Source of the DNA: a virus
IMG/VR virus record: IMGVR_UViG_3300045988_152944
Reading direction: 5' to 3' (one strand)
Length of the DNA: 64,000 bases
The translations under genes and the position numbers were made by a program. The notes beneath the pieces were generated by a model that was not told the DNA's origin, searched no databases, and saw only the letters and a program-made list of their open reading frames with translations. Each line of letters opens with the position of its first letter. Position 1 is the first letter of the stretch. Below are positions 60,820-64,000 of this stretch, in pieces.

Positions 60820-61143
60820 TTATTCTTCCCAACCACATTCGGGGCAATAATGACCCCTAACTTCACTAACCTCGTAAGCAGGGCGCCCATCGATGTAACC
60901 AACGTGGGTATCAACAAATGCGTCGAGTTCTTCTCCACAATCAGGACAACGCCCATCTTCGATGAGTCCTTCGCGGAGTGTGCGGCGTGTTTTTTTCACC
61001 CAATCTTTAATGAATTGGAAGACTTCTTCGGGGGTGTGTTTTTTCAGGTCATCTGAAAAATCCTCGAGAGCGGTGAGGGCTTCAAATTGGTCGTCGTAAT
61101 CCTCACTGATTGTGAGATCTAAACTGGTTAATAATAATTCCAT
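60820..61143 (-). CDS. zinc-ribbon protein
   Basis: CPDCGEEL..CPECGW; promoter at 61166..61203. Confidence 0.6.
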   Translation of the reverse strand: MELLLTSLDLTISEDYDDQFEALTALEDFSDDLKKHTPEEVFQFIKDWVKKTRRTLREGLIEDGRCPDCGEELDAFVDTHVGYIDGRPAYEVSEVRGHYCPECGWEE

Positions 61144-61165
61144 AGTTGTTACGCTCCTTAGTTGT

Positions 61166-61203
61166 TATACTGTTAGTATAGCACAGGGGTTAGCTTTTGT
61201 CAA
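61166..61203 (-). promoter_or_regulatory. promoter TTGACA-N17-TATACT with palindrome TATACT-GTT-AGTATA
   Basis: -10 at 61175..61180, -35 at 61198..61203, palindrome at 61166..61180. Confidence 0.65.
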
Positions 61204-61224
61204 CATATTTTGAAAAAATTTTTT

Positions 61225-61545
61225 TCAGAACATGAACCCCATTTGATGCGCACTGAGAACAGCGCGGTCAAAGCGGCTGGTGGCACAAATGGCGCCGGCG
61301 TTAAGTTGTGCTAACGTATTTTTGATATACTCTTGTTTCAGGGTTTCAAAGCGTGTCTTGTCGGTCGTCCAGTTGGTGGTGTTTTCTTCGCTTTTATTCA
61401 AGGTGTCTTCCCAATCGAGAGCGCGTTGTTGGTCGGCGGTGAGACGTTCGTAATCAAAGATGTACGCTTGGTCAGATTCCGTCAATATGGGGATTTCGGT
61501 GATCAAAAATTCTGTATCGTAATTGATTGCGTAAATTGTTTTCAT
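61225..61545 (-). CDS. hypothetical protein
   Basis: ORF track. Confidence 0.55.
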   Translation of the reverse strand: MKTIYAINYDTEFLITEIPILTESDQAYIFDYERLTADQQRALDWEDTLNKSEENTTNWTTDKTRFETLKQEYIKNTLAQLNAGAICATSRFDRAVLSAHQMGFMF

Positions 61546-61551
61546 TTGTGT

Positions 61552-62139
61552 TTACCACCCGTAAAATAAAATAGTTTCGTTATCCCAATCAATAACTTTT
61601 AGTAAATGAATTAGGTTAAAGATTGCGTGTTCGTACATATGACTTGCAGATACTGTATATTTGTGTGTTTCGTCTATGTCTTCAAAATAGTTTTGTATCC
61701 AAAGAATTCTGTCGTTTACAAAATTCTTCATTTTATCGTATTCGGATATATCCTCTGTCATAGTGATACCCAATGGGTACTGAACTTCTTGTCCGTCCCC
61801 TAAAAGCGATTGATAAGCATTTATGACCTTTTCCTTATATATCTTAATCGCTTCTAACAAACCTTCTTTACCGACAACGAAAGGGTAATAATCTTCAAAA
61901 TATTCCTGACAATCTTTGTCGCCAAATAATGGTTTGCCGGTGTTGTATATTCTTTCGGCGGTATTTTCATAATATAATTTTCCAAATTCAAAGATTTCAA
62001 TTCGTGGGAAAATTTCATCGAAATCTATATAACCGCTGTCAGCATCGCCATACTGCCTTTTTAATTCGCTAAAGCTTATATTGTGGCATTTTTCTACGTC
62101 CGATTTTTTAACTAAATAAAAATAATGTCTGTATCCCAT
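61552..62139 (-). CDS. hypothetical protein
   Basis: ORF track. Confidence 0.55.
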   Translation of the reverse strand: MGYRHYFYLVKKSDVEKCHNISFSELKRQYGDADSGYIDFDEIFPRIEIFEFGKLYYENTAERIYNTGKPLFGDKDCQEYFEDYYPFVVGKEGLLEAIKIYKEKVINAYQSLLGDGQEVQYPLGITMTEDISEYDKMKNFVNDRILWIQNYFEDIDETHKYTVSASHMYEHAIFNLIHLLKVIDWDNETILFYGW

Positions 62140-62140
62140 T

Positions 62141-62344
62141 TTATTCTCCTACTGTTATTGCGTTTGCTTTAATTGCCGTACCAATTACTTTACATATCGT
62201 ACACGGTATAGTGCCGAAGTCGTCATTATCCATAAACGGGCACCTACACTCAAAGGGGCAACAATAGTCTATGTTTCTATTTGTATAGTTTTTAATTTTA
62301 TTCGTTACTTCTCTTATTTTTTCTTCAATTTGTTTATCCGTCAT
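62141..62344 (-). CDS. Cys-rich mini-protein
   Basis: YCCPFECRCPF..CTIC. Confidence 0.5.
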   Translation of the reverse strand: MTDKQIEEKIREVTNKIKNYTNRNIDYCCPFECRCPFMDNDDFGTIPCTICKVIGTAIKANAITVGE

Positions 62345-62345
62345 T

Positions 62346-62636
62346 TTACCGCCTCAAATAGGGTTGATTAAAATTATCATCATACCAATATTGTTTGATA
62401 TAGTTTCTGGTTTGCTTGTCAAACGCTCCTATATATCTCTCGCGCCATTCTCTCAAAAAAACATAGCCAAAAAACTCTTGTCTTATACCACAAATACCCG
62501 TACAATTACAGCATATTTTTTGACCATCGCAACATAGGTATTCTCGATTGTCTTCAACAACATAATCAAGGTTTATGCCGAGTACACTTGCAATCGGATT
62601 TAATTCTGTAAGTACCATTTCTCTTTTATCAATCAT
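62346..62636 (-). CDS. Cys-rich small protein
   Basis: LCCDGQKICCNCTGICG. Confidence 0.5.
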   Translation of the reverse strand: MIDKREMVLTELNPIASVLGINLDYVVEDNREYLCCDGQKICCNCTGICGIRQEFFGYVFLREWRERYIGAFDKQTRNYIKQYWYDDNFNQPYLRR

Positions 62637-62651
62637 TTCTCATACCCCTAT

Positions 62652-62975
62652 TTAATCTTCCGATACCCTATATCTATTATTAGAAATCTTACTTCCGCCA
62701 AAACATAAATTACCTCCATCAAATATCAACAATAATTCACTTGTCGTAATTTCGGTCGGTGCCTTATATAGAGTATACTCACTATGTGCGTAGCAAGGTT
62801 TTCTCGAATAGACAATATCGTTATTTAACAGTTGTTCTTCTGACGGTCCGTCAAAATTAGAAACTTGTAAAATCTTATACTTGTTTTTCAAGTCCAAATA
62901 TATTTTGTAGTTAATCTTGCATTTTTCTTCTTCGTTATCGCTGAATGCCCACGAATTGTATATGCGTTCTTCCAT
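62652..62975 (-). CDS. hypothetical protein
   Basis: ORF track. Confidence 0.55.
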   Translation of the reverse strand: MEERIYNSWAFSDNEEEKCKINYKIYLDLKNKYKILQVSNFDGPSEEQLLNNDIVYSRKPCYAHSEYTLYKAPTEITTSELLLIFDGGNLCFGGSKISNNRYRVSED

Positions 62976-62988
62976 TCTTTTGTTCCTC

Positions 62989-63423
62989 CTAAAACTCCCA
63001 CTGTGGCTTGTCTTTGAATTCTATGTTATATCTTTCTTTGAGGTATTTTACTGTCGGCATAAAAAACATTCTCGGAACATTGATGTTTGGAATATTTTCT
63101 TTTGCCCAATCGAGAATGTCGTCTGGTAACGACATAGACAGCATACAATATGTTATAATATAATTTAACATATCAGCAGTTAGTTTATCGTTAGCAAACT
63201 CTTTATTACAGTTCATATCAATTTTACACGGAATCCAAGATTGCGCAAACGACAATTTGTCTTGCAATTTCTTGATTTTATGCGCCGACAAGCTGGGAAT
63301 CATAGAAAGTCCTACATCTTCAAAGTCGTTTTCAACAAACCATCTTTTTATGATGTCTGCTTCTTTAACCGGATCAGTTGTGTTTCCGTATTGACGTAAA
63401 AGTTCAAGTAAACTTGTGTACAT
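62989..63423 (-). CDS. hypothetical protein
   Basis: ORF track. Confidence 0.55.
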   Translation of the reverse strand: MYTSLLELLRQYGNTTDPVKEADIIKRWFVENDFEDVGLSMIPSLSAHKIKKLQDKLSFAQSWIPCKIDMNCNKEFANDKLTADMLNYIITYCMLSMSLPDDILDWAKENIPNINVPRMFFMPTVKYLKERYNIEFKDKPQWEF

Positions 63424-63432
63424 ATTGTTCTC

Positions 63433-63720
63433 CTAGTTTTCGCATATTACAGTGTCCTGATATTTACGTATCAGGTCTTGAGGGTTGGTGTCTACGATAT
63501 TGCCCGCATCATTTAAAAATTGAATGAAGTCTGCGCCGTCCACGAACCCCTGCTTCACCAATTCGATTGCCGAATAATAATCGTGGCACCTATCGTTGAC
63601 TGGAAAGATTGACGGAATGTCATGGTAATGACAATCGGCGCAGTTTGTCGTCCCACACGAAGGACCGTGTAGAATTTTTGCAATTTTAACAAGTTGAATG
63701 TCGGCCTTAGAGTTGGACAT
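63433..63720 (-). CDS. Cys/His-rich small protein
   Basis: GPSCGTTNCADCHYHD..CHDYY. Confidence 0.5.
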   Translation of the reverse strand: MSNSKADIQLVKIAKILHGPSCGTTNCADCHYHDIPSIFPVNDRCHDYYSAIELVKQGFVDGADFIQFLNDAGNIVDTNPQDLIRKYQDTVICEN

Positions 63721-63946
63721 CGTAATAATCCTCGTCTTTTATTATGGTCTCGTCGTCGTTCCCCCACAGTGGGCCGGAACAGTTGAAGCAGTCTTCAAAG
63801 AACCCGTCATCAGTATTGTCTTCGATATCATCGTACTGATACTCATAATCGTCATCGTCTTCAAATCCGTAGTCTTCGAGCGCCGTCATTTGCTCGTCTT
63901 TAATATCTTGTTCCATCGCTAACCACGTTAAGAAAAATTCATCCAT
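63707..63946 (-). CDS. hypothetical strongly acidic protein
   Basis: ORF track; AAGGAGCG upstream. Confidence 0.55.
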   Translation of the reverse strand: MDEFFLTWLAMEQDIKDEQMTALEDYGFEDDDDYEYQYDDIEDNTDDGFFEDCFNCSGPLWGNDDETIIKDEDYYDVQL

Positions 63947-64000
63947 AGTTGTCGCTCCTTATCGGTTTTTAATTACATATTGAGTATAACAAAAAAAAAG

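Noticed and set aside
1-64000. tRNA, rRNA, tmRNA, integrase/attP and lysogeny repressor
   Set aside because: I scanned intergenic regions by eye for cloverleaf-like GC-rich 70-90-nt segments and for tyrosine or serine recombinase motifs, and found none. A proper tRNAscan/Aragorn and HMM run would be needed to exclude them.

Overview
This window looks like about 64 kb of a tailed dsDNA phage or prophage genome. The signals point to a low-GC Gram-positive-type host: AGGAGG-type ribosome-binding sites on nearly every gene, and many TTGACA-N17-TATAAT promoters. There are three transcription blocks. (1) 1..26534, minus strand, is a leftward operon. It holds a P-loop kinase, a YonO/RdRP-like single-chain RNA polymerase split by a group I intron, a solo TnpB element, a metallophosphoesterase, small and large terminase, portal, scaffold-like protein, major capsid protein, other structural genes and a holin-like gene. 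It ends in a truncated IscB with a candidate omega-RNA at the window edge. (2) 26535..27140 is a control hub with four promoters and a large palindrome. It is followed by about 52 tightly packed small, mostly acidic early genes on the plus strand (27140..47610). These include a beta-class N6A DNA methyltransferase flanked by two paralogs, a PcfJ-like protein and an HNH-AP2 endonuclease. (3) 47990..64000, minus strand, is a multi-promoter module. It holds an SSB, a CYTH/TTM enzyme, a T4-style RNA repair pair (Pnk-HD kinase/phosphoesterase plus Rnl1-like ligase), many Cys-rich mini-proteins and two long repeat-dense ORF-free regions. One of those regions carries DnaA boxes. I saw no tRNA, rRNA, CRISPR array, integrase, DNA polymerase, primase or helicase. 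All functional calls rest on motifs I recognised by eye. No database search or RNA-folding computation was run, and most early genes remain hypothetical.
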